Below, piece after piece: positions 10,103-19,259 of a stretch of 64,000 nucleotides of DNA (position 1 is the first letter of the stretch; every line of letters begins with the position of its first letter). The position numbers were made by a program, and so were the translations under genes. The notes below the pieces were generated by a model, which was given only the letters and a program-made list of their open reading frames with translations, ran no database searches and was not told where the DNA came from. The DNA comes from Acidimicrobiaceae bacterium (GTDB lineage: Bacteria; Actinomycetota; Acidimicrobiia; Acidimicrobiales; RAAP-2), in the NCBI GenBank assembly GCA_003132165.1, contig PKWW01000027.1:3312-67311 (forward strand), given 5' to 3'.

Positions 10103-10677
10103 GGGCTCTCCGATATCACAAGAGTCTCTCGAAGCTTCGCCATCCCCAGCCGAATTCGACTCTTTGCAGTTCCCAATGGGATTGACTCCACGGCCGCCAC
10201 CTCGACAGCTGTCCTCCCGTACATCGCAGCCAGTACAACTGCGCGTCGCTGCTCCATCGGGAGGTTCGAGAGCGCAATCCGAACTCGGGTCATCGCGTCT
10301 GCGGCCAACGCGGTGTCCTCCGGCTGACGCTCGACACTCACGAGCTCGAGGAACACACGATCGTCGGGAGCGACTGGAATACTCCGTCGAATCCGTACGG
10401 CGTCGATGGCCAGATTGCGGGTGATGGTCAGCGTCCACGTTGTGACAGAACCCCGACGTGCATCGAACACCGAAGCGTGCCGCACTATCCGAATGAACGC
10501 CTCTTGGGCAACGTCCTCGGCCGTACCAACGTCGCCAACAATCCCGAATGCGAGTCCGAACAGTCGGCGCTGGTAACGCCGGACGAACGTCAATACAGCC
10601 TGCTCGTCACCTACCGCGATGCCGGAGAGAAGGGTCTCGTCCGAAACCCCTTCATCCTTGCCGTGACGCTTCCTCAT
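10099..10677 (-). CDS. ECF RNA polymerase sigma factor (SigK-like)
   Basis: AEDVAQEAF region 2, RNLAIDAVR, region 4 IPLGTAKSRIRLGM. Confidence 0.92.
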   Translation of the reverse strand: MRKRHGKDEGVSDETLLSGIAVGDEQAVLTFVRRYQRRLFGLAFGIVGDVGTAEDVAQEAFIRIVRHASVFDARRGSVTTWTLTITRNLAIDAVRIRRSIPVAPDDRVFLELVSVERQPEDTALAADAMTRVRIALSNLPMEQRRAVVLAAMYGRTAVEVAAVESIPLGTAKSRIRLGMAKLRETLVISESP

Positions 10678-10685
10678 CGTTAGAT

Positions 10686-10713
10686 AGTACGGCTGATGGG
10701 TCAATTTGGATCA
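10686..10713 (-). promoter_or_regulatory. Putative autoregulated ECF promoter, probably leaderless
   Basis: Minus strand TGATCC-N17-GTACT ending 8 nt before the ATG at 10677; no SD sequence in between. Confidence 0.7.
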
Positions 10714-10813
10714 GTCCTCGTGCCATCGAGTTCACTTCAGTGTCCCACGACTCGGGCGAATCTACGACGACGACGTCGCCGAACGCTGGCAATGTCGTCT
10801 TCTAGTACCGGGT

Positions 10814-12514
10814 CTATATGAAGTCCTCTTCACGGTATTCACCCTGTGGCCTCCCGTCGATGCGCTCGATTTCTGCGGTGCGTAGTTCGACGCGACGGAT
10901 CTTGCCGCTGATGGTCTTTGGAAGATTAGTGAACTCCAGACGTCGGATTCGCTTGTACGGCGCCAGATTCGCCCGGCAGTGGGCCAGAATCTCGCCGGCG
11001 AGTTCGCGACTCGGCTCGATGCCGACGACGAGTGTGACGTAGGCCTTGGGCACCGTCAGGCGCTTCTCGTCGGGCGCGGGTACGACCGCAGCCTCACCAA
11101 CGGCGTAGTGCTCGATCAGAACGCTCTCCAACTCGAAAGGACTGATCCGGTAGTCACTCGATTTGAACACGTCGTCGGTGCGGCCAATGAACGTGATGAA
11201 GCCGTCGTCGTCGCGCGCCGCCACGTCGCCCGTGTGGTAGCGACCACCGGCGAACGCCCGCTCGTTCACCTCGGTGCTCGAACCGATTCCGGTTTGGTAG
11301 CCGACCATCAAGCCCACCGGTCGGTCCGTTCCACAGCGCACGCAGATCTCACCTTCGTCGGCGACCGCGTCGGTGACGGGGTCGACGAGATCGATGTGGA
11401 ACCCCGGCATCGGGCGACCCATGGACCCCGCCTTCAGGGGCTGGCCCGGCGAGTTGCCGATCTGCAGTGTCGTCTCGGTCTGTCCGTAACCGTCACGAAT
11501 CACGAGACCCCACTCACGACGCACGTGTTCGATCACCTCGGGGTTCAGCGGCTCGCCGGCACTCAGGGCCTCGCGCAGCGACATCGACCACTTCGAGAGG
11601 TCTTGCTGGACCAACGTGCGCCACACCGTCGGTGGAGCGCAGAACGTCGTCACCTTGGCGTCACGAAGGACGTCGAGCATCGCGACCGGATCGAAGCGCT
11701 CGTAGTTGAACAGACAGATTGTCGCCCCCGCGATCCACGGCGCGAAGACGCACGACCAGGCGTGCTTGGCCCAGCCGGGGCTCGACACGTTGAGATGCAC
11801 GTCGCCGGGCTGGAGTCCGATCCAGTACATCGTCGAAAGATGCCCAATCGGATAGCTCACGTTAGTGTGCTCGACGATCTTCGGTAGCGACGTCGTGCCC
11901 GACGTGAAGTACACCAGCAGAAGATCGCTCGCCGCCGTCGGCGCGTCCACATCGAACGCCGTCGAACTGGCATCCGACTCCGTAAAGTCGTGCCAGCCGC
12001 TGACCGGCGCACCGACGGCGACGCGAAGGAAGTCGCCCGGTACGTCGTCGAAGTTGTGCGTCACGTCTGATCGTGCGATCACTGCGCCCGCCTCGGCCCG
12101 GTCAACACGGTCGCGCAGGTCGGCCGGGGTCAGCATCGTGGTCGCCGGTATGAGGACCGCCCCGAGCTTCATCGCCGCGAGGAACGACTCCCACAACTCC
12201 ACCTGATTGCCGAGCAGGACGAGAATTCGCGTGCCGCGCTTGACTCCGAGGTCGCGCAACCAGTTGGCCAGTTGGTTGGAGCGGTGCGAGAGTTGCGCGT
12301 AGGTATACGACGCATCGGTCCCGTCGCCCTCGATTATCCGCAGGGCCGCTCGGGTGGGGTGCTCGGCAACGAGCACACCGTCGAACCAGTCGATCGCGAA
12401 GTTGAAGTGCTCCGGTCGGGGCCAGACGAATTGTTCGTACGCGGTCTCGTAGTCGGAGCGGTGCTCGAGAAGAAAGTCCCGGGCCTTACGAAAATCCTCG
12501 GTCGCAGTAGCCAC
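10814..12514 (-). CDS. Acyl-CoA synthetase (short/medium-chain, acetate-CoA ligase-like)
   Basis: YFTSGTTSLPK, DGYGQTET, YHTGD, TISGKIRR. Confidence 0.92.
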   Translation of the reverse strand: MATATEDFRKARDFLLEHRSDYETAYEQFVWPRPEHFNFAIDWFDGVLVAEHPTRAALRIIEGDGTDASYTYAQLSHRSNQLANWLRDLGVKRGTRILVLLGNQVELWESFLAAMKLGAVLIPATTMLTPADLRDRVDRAEAGAVIARSDVTHNFDDVPGDFLRVAVGAPVSGWHDFTESDASSTAFDVDAPTAASDLLLVYFTSGTTSLPKIVEHTNVSYPIGHLSTMYWIGLQPGDVHLNVSSPGWAKHAWSCVFAPWIAGATICLFNYERFDPVAMLDVLRDAKVTTFCAPPTVWRTLVQQDLSKWSMSLREALSAGEPLNPEVIEHVRREWGLVIRDGYGQTETTLQIGNSPGQPLKAGSMGRPMPGFHIDLVDPVTDAVADEGEICVRCGTDRPVGLMVGYQTGIGSSTEVNERAFAGGRYHTGDVAARDDDGFITFIGRTDDVFKSSDYRISPFELESVLIEHYAVGEAAVVPAPDEKRLTVPKAYVTLVVGIEPSRELAGEILAHCRANLAPYKRIRRLEFTNLPKTISGKIRRVELRTAEIERIDGRPQGEYREEDFI

Positions 12515-13086
12515 TCTTGTCCATCCCTCTGTTGTCGGTGCCAGACTCCTGTTGAAGGCTGTCTACGTTCTAACCCGGGCTCCACGTTGCGTCAAATGCG
12601 CCATCACCCGATTATCGGTCAATCCTCATATTGGAACGTGGACATCTGGTTCGTTGGAAACTGTGATCGGACTTCCTTTCCCTTGCGCCCATTCGGCAAG
12701 CTCGGTTGGAGATGGAGTGCGGCAAATAGCGCTCCACACCGAGCTCTGAACCGAACTATGTCCTACGCGCCGACCGCCGCCAGCGTTTCGGTTGACGCTT
12801 CAACGGGGTGCGCCGGCGGCGAAACAACCGGGTCTTACCTCCCTCCACGTCCAGTACGGAGTTTGTCCCCGGCAGACCTTGACGGGCCAGGTTGAAGGCC
12901 GCGTAATTCATGTGGACTCCAGCATGAACCACCGAGGCGCAGCCCCTAAACAAAAACGTCAGTCTCTCTTTTGACCATCGATGATCAGGAGGTACGCCAA
13001 AGGCAAAGTTGTGACTTTCGACACCTATGAAGGCGGGGCGGTACCCGTACGTTCTAAATGGAGGCTTCACTTACGAAAGGATTTCT

Positions 13087-13485
13087 ATGGGCAGCCAAAA
13101 GAGGAACGAGGGTTTAGGGCTTGTCGCGGCAGTGGCGTGTTGCGGGATGATGCTCGGCGCGTGCGAGCACTGTCGACATGCGAGAAAACAACGTCGACAC
13201 CAGTGCTGTGATGCAAACGAAGGCCCCGGACACAAGCACGGCCACGGCCCTTGCGCCTGTAACGAGCACGGCCCCGGACATGACGAAGGCCCCGGACACA
13301 AGCACAGCCACGGTCCGTGCGCCTGCAACGAACACGGCCCCGGACATGACGAAGGCCCCGGACATCCCCACGGTCCCGGACACGAAGATGATCCGATCAG
13401 GATGCTCGACGTACGCTTCGCCAAGGGTGAGATCGACGAAGCTGATTACCTGCGCCGCCGCGAGATTCTCAAGGGCACGCACTAA
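13087..13485 (+). CDS. His/Cys-rich repeat protein with C-terminal SHOCT domain
   Basis: GAAAGGA RBS-like sequence; C-terminal LDVRFAKGEIDEADYLRRREIL; 17 His and 10 Cys in 132 aa. Confidence 0.8.
   Translation: MGSQKRNEGLGLVAAVACCGMMLGACEHCRHARKQRRHQCCDANEGPGHKHGHGPCACNEHGPGHDEGPGHKHSHGPCACNEHGPGHDEGPGHPHGPGHEDDPIRMLDVRFAKGEIDEADYLRRREILKGTH
13219..13365 (+). repeat. 66-bp in-frame tandem repeat, about 2.2 copies
   Basis: Units begin GAAGGCCCCGGACA at 13219, 13285 and 13351; encode EGPGHKH(G/S)HGPCACNEHGPGHD. Confidence 0.95.
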
Positions 13486-13580
13486 TACGAACATTCACCG
13501 AATGATCGCCGGCTCATTGAACAGAATCAGTGAGCCGGCGTCGGTTGGTCGCGACCTCACTCGAAGTAATGTGCGAGAAG

Positions 13581-15179
13581 ATGGAGCGGACACGAAGTTT
13601 CTGGGGCTGGGGATTCGAAGGCGAAGGTCTGAGCCCCAAGGACGAATTGGCCCTCGCCGCACGAGTCAAGCCATTCATCGAGATGGCGGATGACCGCACT
13701 GCGCCTCCGTCGCCTGACGAAATCAGATTGACACCGTCGCGGCTAGAGCCGCCCGATGTGCTCGCGTCATGGTGCACGACGAACGAACTCGCTCGCGCGG
13801 GTCACACCTACGGCAAGTCGTTCAGCGACATCGTTCGCGCACTCGAGCGCCGCTGGGATCGGCCGCCCGACGTCGTGGCCACACCGAACGACGAAAAGGG
13901 AATCGTCGAAGTACTCGACTGGGCGGCGCAAGTCGACGCCATCATCATTCCCTACGGTGGTGGATCGTCGGTAGTGGGCGGCGTGGAAGCCCCTTCGAAC
14001 GACGACCGTCCGGTGATCAGTTGCGACCTCAGCCGACTGGACCGGGTGCTCGAGATCGACGCCGCCTCACGAGCCGCGCTCATCCAGTCCGGTGTATACG
14101 GGCCATCACTCGAGGATCAGTTACGACCGCACGGCCTCACCTTGCGCCATTACCCGCAGAGTTTCGAGGTCTCGTCGCTCGGCGGTTGGATCGCGACGCG
14201 CTCGGGCGGTCACTATGCGACGTTGCACACTCACATCGACGATTTCGTCGAGTCGATCCGGGCGGTCACGCCAGCGGGACTCTGGGAATCGCGCCGCCTA
14301 CCGGGATCGGGCGCCGGACCCTCCCCAGACCGTCTGCTCCTCGGATCGGAGGGAATCCTCGGCATCATCACCCAGGCGTGGATGCGCTTGCAGGATCGAC
14401 CAGTGTTTCGCGCCTCGGCTGTCGCTAAATTCTCGACCTTCGACAGCGGCGCCCGAGCCGCGCGGGCCTTGGCACAGTCGGGACTCTGGCCGACGAACTG
14501 CCGACTTCTCGACGCGGCGGAAGCGATGATGACCGGAGCCGGCACGGGCGAAGCCCACCTTTTGCTGATCGCATTCGAATCCGCCGACCACCCGGTCGAC
14601 GAGGCCATGGCGAGAGCAACAGAGTTGGCGCACGACCATGGCGGGACCGTCGAGTTGCGGACGAACGGGGCCGACGCCTCGCCCGACGAACGGGCGAACC
14701 CAGCTGACCAGTGGCGTTCCGCGTTCCTTCGCGCGCCCTACACGCGCGACAGTCTCGTCTGCTTGGGCCTCATCAGCGAGACCTTCGAGACCGCGATCAC
14801 GTGGAATCGCTTTGACGAGTTCATCCACGACATCAAGACCACTACCGAAGAGGCCCTCCGGTCGGTGGGCGCCTGGCCGGCCATCGTCACGTGCCGGCTC
14901 ACGCACGTCTATCCCGACGGCGCTGCTCCCTACTTCACTGTGCTCGCACCCGGTCGCGCCTCTGGACGTCTCGCGCAGTGGCGCGAGGTGAAGAGCGCAG
15001 TCATGGCTGCGATTACTAAAGGCGGCGGGACGGTGACGCACCACCACTCGGTCGGACGCGACCACCGCCCCGGCTACGACCTCCAGCGTCCCGAACTCTT
15101 CGCCGCCCAGTTGCGCGCCGCGAAGAGAGTCGTCGATCCCCAGGCCATGTTGAACCCCGGCGTACTCATCGATCCCTAG
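13581..15179 (+). CDS. FAD-linked oxidoreductase, alkyl-DHAP synthase-like (VAO family)
   Basis: SFWGWG start, PYGGGSSVVGG, SLGGWIATRSGG, THHHSVG, MLNPG. Confidence 0.88.
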   Translation: MERTRSFWGWGFEGEGLSPKDELALAARVKPFIEMADDRTAPPSPDEIRLTPSRLEPPDVLASWCTTNELARAGHTYGKSFSDIVRALERRWDRPPDVVATPNDEKGIVEVLDWAAQVDAIIIPYGGGSSVVGGVEAPSNDDRPVISCDLSRLDRVLEIDAASRAALIQSGVYGPSLEDQLRPHGLTLRHYPQSFEVSSLGGWIATRSGGHYATLHTHIDDFVESIRAVTPAGLWESRRLPGSGAGPSPDRLLLGSEGILGIITQAWMRLQDRPVFRASAVAKFSTFDSGARAARALAQSGLWPTNCRLLDAAEAMMTGAGTGEAHLLLIAFESADHPVDEAMARATELAHDHGGTVELRTNGADASPDERANPADQWRSAFLRAPYTRDSLVCLGLISETFETAITWNRFDEFIHDIKTTTEEALRSVGAWPAIVTCRLTHVYPDGAAPYFTVLAPGRASGRLAQWREVKSAVMAAITKGGGTVTHHHSVGRDHRPGYDLQRPELFAAQLRAAKRVVDPQAMLNPGVLIDP

Positions 15180-15188
15180 GATTCCTTA

Positions 15189-16226
15189 CTAACCCCTGAC
15201 CGCGTCGATGATCCGCTGGCGCGACTTCTCTTGGGGCCAACCTCCGAGGATCATGGTTGTGAGACATGTCGGGCGCCACTTGTGCTCGATCTCTTCGATG
15301 ATCTTGTCCGCGGGACCTAGGAGCGCAACGTCCTCGACCATAGCCGTAGGCACCATCGCGACGGCCCCCTCACGGTCACCGGCGAGGTACGCGTTCTGGA
15401 TGGCTTCGCACTCGTCCACCCAGCCCATGCGCACGAAGACGTCGTGGTGAAAGTTGGCGTCTTTCGCACCCATTCCCCCGATGTAGAGCGCCAACACGGG
15501 CTTCAAGAACGACGCCGCCACCTCCACGTCATCGTGTTCCACCAGCCACACCGTGCAAGCGATCTCGAATGCGTCGGGTGTCGAATGCGCACCCTCGCGG
15601 GCGAAGCCCTCCGCCAGTGCCTCTCGATAGAAGGTGTCGGACTTGGGTGAGAACCACAGCGGCAACCAACCGTCGCCGATTTCGGCGGCGAGGGCCACGT
15701 TCTTCGGCCCCTCGGCGGCGAGCAGGATAGGAATCGATGTCCGATACGGATGGATGGTCGACTTCAGCGCCTTACCGAGATGCGCGCCACCGTCGAGCGG
15801 CAGTTGGTAGTGGCGACCTTCGTAGGAGACGGGCCTCTCACGCGCCATCACCTGGCGCATGATCTCCACATACTCGCGAGTTCGCTCCAGCGGACGAGGG
15901 TACGGCTGCCCGTACCAACCTTCGACGACCTGAGGACCCGACGCACCGATGCCGAGCATCACCCTTCCGCCCGACAGGTGGTCGAGGGTCATCGCGGCCA
16001 TCGCCAACGCCGTCGGCGTTCGAGCCGCCATCTGGCAGATGGACGTACCCAACTTGATCGAGTTCGTCTTCGCCCCCCACCACGCCAGCGGTGTCAGCGC
16101 GTCCGAGCCGTAGGCTTCAGCCGTCCAGAAGCTGTCGACACCGAGCGCCTCGGCTTCGCGCAACTGCTGCTCGACACCCGCGGGTGGTCCCGAGCCCCAG
16201 TAACCGGCAGTGATCCCAACTTTCAT
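15189..16226 (-). CDS. LLM class F420-dependent oxidoreductase
   Basis: WTAEAYGSDA, LDHLSGGR, GASGPQVVEGW, LAAEGPKN. Confidence 0.9.
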   Translation of the reverse strand: MKVGITAGYWGSGPPAGVEQQLREAEALGVDSFWTAEAYGSDALTPLAWWGAKTNSIKLGTSICQMAARTPTALAMAAMTLDHLSGGRVMLGIGASGPQVVEGWYGQPYPRPLERTREYVEIMRQVMARERPVSYEGRHYQLPLDGGAHLGKALKSTIHPYRTSIPILLAAEGPKNVALAAEIGDGWLPLWFSPKSDTFYREALAEGFAREGAHSTPDAFEIACTVWLVEHDDVEVAASFLKPVLALYIGGMGAKDANFHHDVFVRMGWVDECEAIQNAYLAGDREGAVAMVPTAMVEDVALLGPADKIIEEIEHKWRPTCLTTMILGGWPQEKSRQRIIDAVRG

Positions 16227-16334
16227 CGCTACTCCATTCGCTGTTGACGACACGCTTTCGACGCGCCAGATGAACGCCTCGGTCGACGATGCGCGATTGT
16301 ATCTCTGCCCCTAGTCATTGCCGAAGCGAACGAC

Positions 16335-18224
16335 CTATTCGGACTCGAGGGGCCAACTGGTGAGACGTCGAAGGAGGTTGATCTTCTTCGATTGATGGCT
16401 ACTCATTCGATGAATAATGTCGTCCAACGCCCGCACCGCTTGGACGATATAGGGTCCCTTGTTCAGCATGACGCACTCGGCCCGTCCGGCCATTGCGGCG
16501 TCCGAGATCTCAGCCCGCGAGGGCTGACCGGTCCTCGCCATCTGATCAAGGACCTGCGTAGCCCAGATTACGGGCACATGCGCTGCGTCACAGAGGCACA
16601 GCATCTCCTCTTGAACCTCAGCGAGCCGTTCGAATCCACATTCGATCGCCAGATCGCCGCGCGCCACCATGACCCCGATGCGTTCCGATGCCATCGCTGT
16701 GAGCAGAATCTCCGGCAGCGCGTTGAAACCGCGCACCGTCTCAATCTTCAGGACAATTCCGATGCCGCTCCCCCCAAACTCTTCCAGTCGCTTCTGGAGA
16801 GTCGCCACATCTGAACCGGCCTGCGTGAACGAAAGCTCCACAAGATCGGCGTGCGCCACGACAAACCGGAGGATCAGTTCATCCTCGGGGCTCATCAATG
16901 GGAGGTGTAGGTCGGTGTCGGGGAGATTGATGCCCTTCTCAGCGCGTAGCTTCGACCCCCCGGGCGCGGCCGAAGTGATTCTCACGTCCGATCCAGTCGG
17001 TCGGACATTGATGGCTTCTCCACCGATTTTTCCATCATCGAAAAGGACTCGGTCACCCACTTTCAGATCCCGGAAGACCTCGGGCATGGTGCAGCCAATA
17101 CTCGACCGTTTCGACCGTCGTTGACCCACGTCGCGCCCATCGCTTTGAACACTGTTCGCCAACGCCGGCGACAGGTCAGATGAAAGCGTCAGCACATCGC
17201 CCACTTTGAGAATGATCGCCTGGCTAACCGCCGGGATGTCGCCCACTACCACGGCGCCGAATTCCGTGCTGTTCAGCACGGTGCCAGTCCCGATATACGT
17301 CGTGTCATGAGCGTGCACCTCGACTCCGGCCGCATCGATACTGGTCACCTCAAGTTCTCGGGTCGAGTCCCTCGTGTCACGTAACGTGAGCCGAGCGCCG
17401 ACACGAAGTTTCGACAACCAGTCAGCGCGAACCGGAATTCGGGTCAATGCGACTTCACCGACCCGTTGCCCGGCTCCGCTGGAAGATTCCGCTACGAGTA
17501 GGGCACGGGCCGGAACAATTGATCGACCCCGCGCATCGCGAACTGGACGCAGACGCACGACCTTCGGGCCGGACTCAATCGGTCCCGTTCGAAGTTTTGG
17601 TCCCGGAAGATCCATGAGGACCGGACAGTGACCACCGGTCTCGGCCTCGGCCCGACGAATATTCTCGACCATGCGTAGCCACTGTTCGTCGGTGTCGTGG
17701 GCACAATTGATGCGAGCGCAGTCCATGCCACTGGTCATGAGTTCGAGGACGAGGTCATAGTCCTGTGCGGCCTCGCTGGGCATGGTCACGAGAATTCGGG
17801 TGGAGCGCCCGGGGCGCAGTGGCCCCAAGAGCGCGAGCGTATTGGTACGTAGCAACTCCCTTCCCTCCCAGAAACTCACCGCAGACTCAGTACTCATCCA
17901 TTCGCCAGTGCCGGCGAGGACCTTCAAGTTGTCAATCACACGCTCAACCGTGACAATCACGTGCTCTTCGGTTCGCCCGAGTGACGACAACCCGAGTTCC
18001 GCGAGAGAATCCTGGATGTCACGTAGGTCGTACTGCCGGAGTGTCAAGTAGTCAATAAGGTTCGCTGCGCTCTGACGATGGTTCGGACGAACTTTCCCGA
18101 AGGATGACTCGAACTCACTAAAACGTCGGCGCATCTCGTCTCGTAGCGGCTCCAATCTCGCGGCGAGTACTTCGGGCGGTGGACAGGGGCTGTGCCTCGC
18201 CTTGGTCACATCGTGCATCGGCAC
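16335..18224 (-). CDS. pyk: Pyruvate kinase, long atypical form
   Basis: ARINCAH, MDLPGPKLRTG, KGINLPD, KIET, MVARGDL, WATQVL, AECVMLNKG. Confidence 0.9.
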   Translation of the reverse strand: MPMHDVTKARHSPCPPPEVLAARLEPLRDEMRRRFSEFESSFGKVRPNHRQSAANLIDYLTLRQYDLRDIQDSLAELGLSSLGRTEEHVIVTVERVIDNLKVLAGTGEWMSTESAVSFWEGRELLRTNTLALLGPLRPGRSTRILVTMPSEAAQDYDLVLELMTSGMDCARINCAHDTDEQWLRMVENIRRAEAETGGHCPVLMDLPGPKLRTGPIESGPKVVRLRPVRDARGRSIVPARALLVAESSSGAGQRVGEVALTRIPVRADWLSKLRVGARLTLRDTRDSTRELEVTSIDAAGVEVHAHDTTYIGTGTVLNSTEFGAVVVGDIPAVSQAIILKVGDVLTLSSDLSPALANSVQSDGRDVGQRRSKRSSIGCTMPEVFRDLKVGDRVLFDDGKIGGEAINVRPTGSDVRITSAAPGGSKLRAEKGINLPDTDLHLPLMSPEDELILRFVVAHADLVELSFTQAGSDVATLQKRLEEFGGSGIGIVLKIETVRGFNALPEILLTAMASERIGVMVARGDLAIECGFERLAEVQEEMLCLCDAAHVPVIWATQVLDQMARTGQPSRAEISDAAMAGRAECVMLNKGPYIVQAVRALDDIIHRMSSHQSKKINLLRRLTSWPLESE

Positions 18225-18378
18225 CGGACTCTCCTCACCCAATCCAGATGATTGTGCGCGTCGCACAAACTCACCGGAGGTCGCATCGAGCGACACTCAA
18301 CTGTCCCAATCATCTCCATGAGCTTCAAGGGTCAAAGGTCCTTCGTTCTGGTATCGGCACCGTGGTACGGTCCTAAAG

Positions 18379-19233
18379 ATGAAGGGCCCCACTTTGGTTA
18401 TTTTGGCCGCCGGACGAGCTCGTCGATACGGTGGGCTTAAACAACTCGCCCCCATCGGCAAGCACGGTGAAGCGGTCATCGATTTGCTCGCCACTGACGC
18501 GATAACGGCCGGTTTCGATGAATTCGTCCTCGTTATCAACCGCGACACGGGTCCCACGATCAAAGAGCACGTCGAAGAGTTCTGGCCGAGCGACCATCGG
18601 GTGTCGTTCGCCATCCAAGAGACGCTTCGCGGCACCGTTGACGCCGTGCTCGCCGCCGAACCATTCGTGGACCCCGAGAGTCCCTTCGGCATTTCCAACG
18701 CCGACGACATCTACGGACAGGACGCACTTTCCAAACTCAGTCGCCACCTCGAGACCAACCCGGACAACTGCCTGGTGGGCTTCGATCTCGAGAATTCGCT
18801 GGTCGGGGACCTTCCCGTGTCAAGGGGAACCTGTCAGGTGCACGACGGCCGCCTCGTCGAGATCGTGGAGCGTCGAAACGTCCACTTCACCCCCGACGGA
18901 TTCGCCGCCGATGACGGGAAGTCGCCGATCATCCTCGACGCGCAAACCATGGTGTCGATGAATCTCTGGGGCTTTCGCCCAACGATGTGGCCGCTGCTGC
19001 ACCGCGCGATGGACGAACACGACTTCGACGAGAGTGCCGAAGTGCTGCTGCCCATCGTGGTCGGGAATCTCTTAAAGAAATCCCAGATGCGCTTCGACGT
19101 TCTCACGACGAACTCGCGTTGTATCGGTGTCACCCACGCGGATGATCTCCCATTGGCCCAGTTCCTCGTGCGTGAGGAGATCAAGATTGGCCAGCGACCA
19201 GAGTTCGCGTTCCCTCAAAGCCGCATGGAGTGA
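18379..19233 (+). CDS. Sugar-phosphate nucleotidyltransferase (NTP_transferase family)
   Basis: LAAGRARRYGGLKQL, NADDIYG, VSMNLWGF. Confidence 0.88.
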   Translation: MKGPTLVILAAGRARRYGGLKQLAPIGKHGEAVIDLLATDAITAGFDEFVLVINRDTGPTIKEHVEEFWPSDHRVSFAIQETLRGTVDAVLAAEPFVDPESPFGISNADDIYGQDALSKLSRHLETNPDNCLVGFDLENSLVGDLPVSRGTCQVHDGRLVEIVERRNVHFTPDGFAADDGKSPIILDAQTMVSMNLWGFRPTMWPLLHRAMDEHDFDESAEVLLPIVVGNLLKKSQMRFDVLTTNSRCIGVTHADDLPLAQFLVREEIKIGQRPEFAFPQSRME

Positions 19234-19259
19234 AGAGGGCTCTCGTGGTTGAAGTTGAA

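Noticed and set aside
13005-13018. AAAGT-TGTG-ACTTT palindrome upstream of the His/Cys gene as a metal-regulator operator
   Set aside because: Arms of only 5 bp and no match to an operator I can name.
12756-13070. 104-aa minus-strand ORF in the intergenic region
   Set aside because: No motif or RBS recognised; treated as spurious.
13178-13693. Thr/Ala-rich repeat ORF overlapping the His/Cys protein
   Set aside because: Alternative reading of the same 66-bp repeat; it has no RBS or domain and overlaps the next gene, whereas the 13087 frame has an RBS and SHOCT motif.
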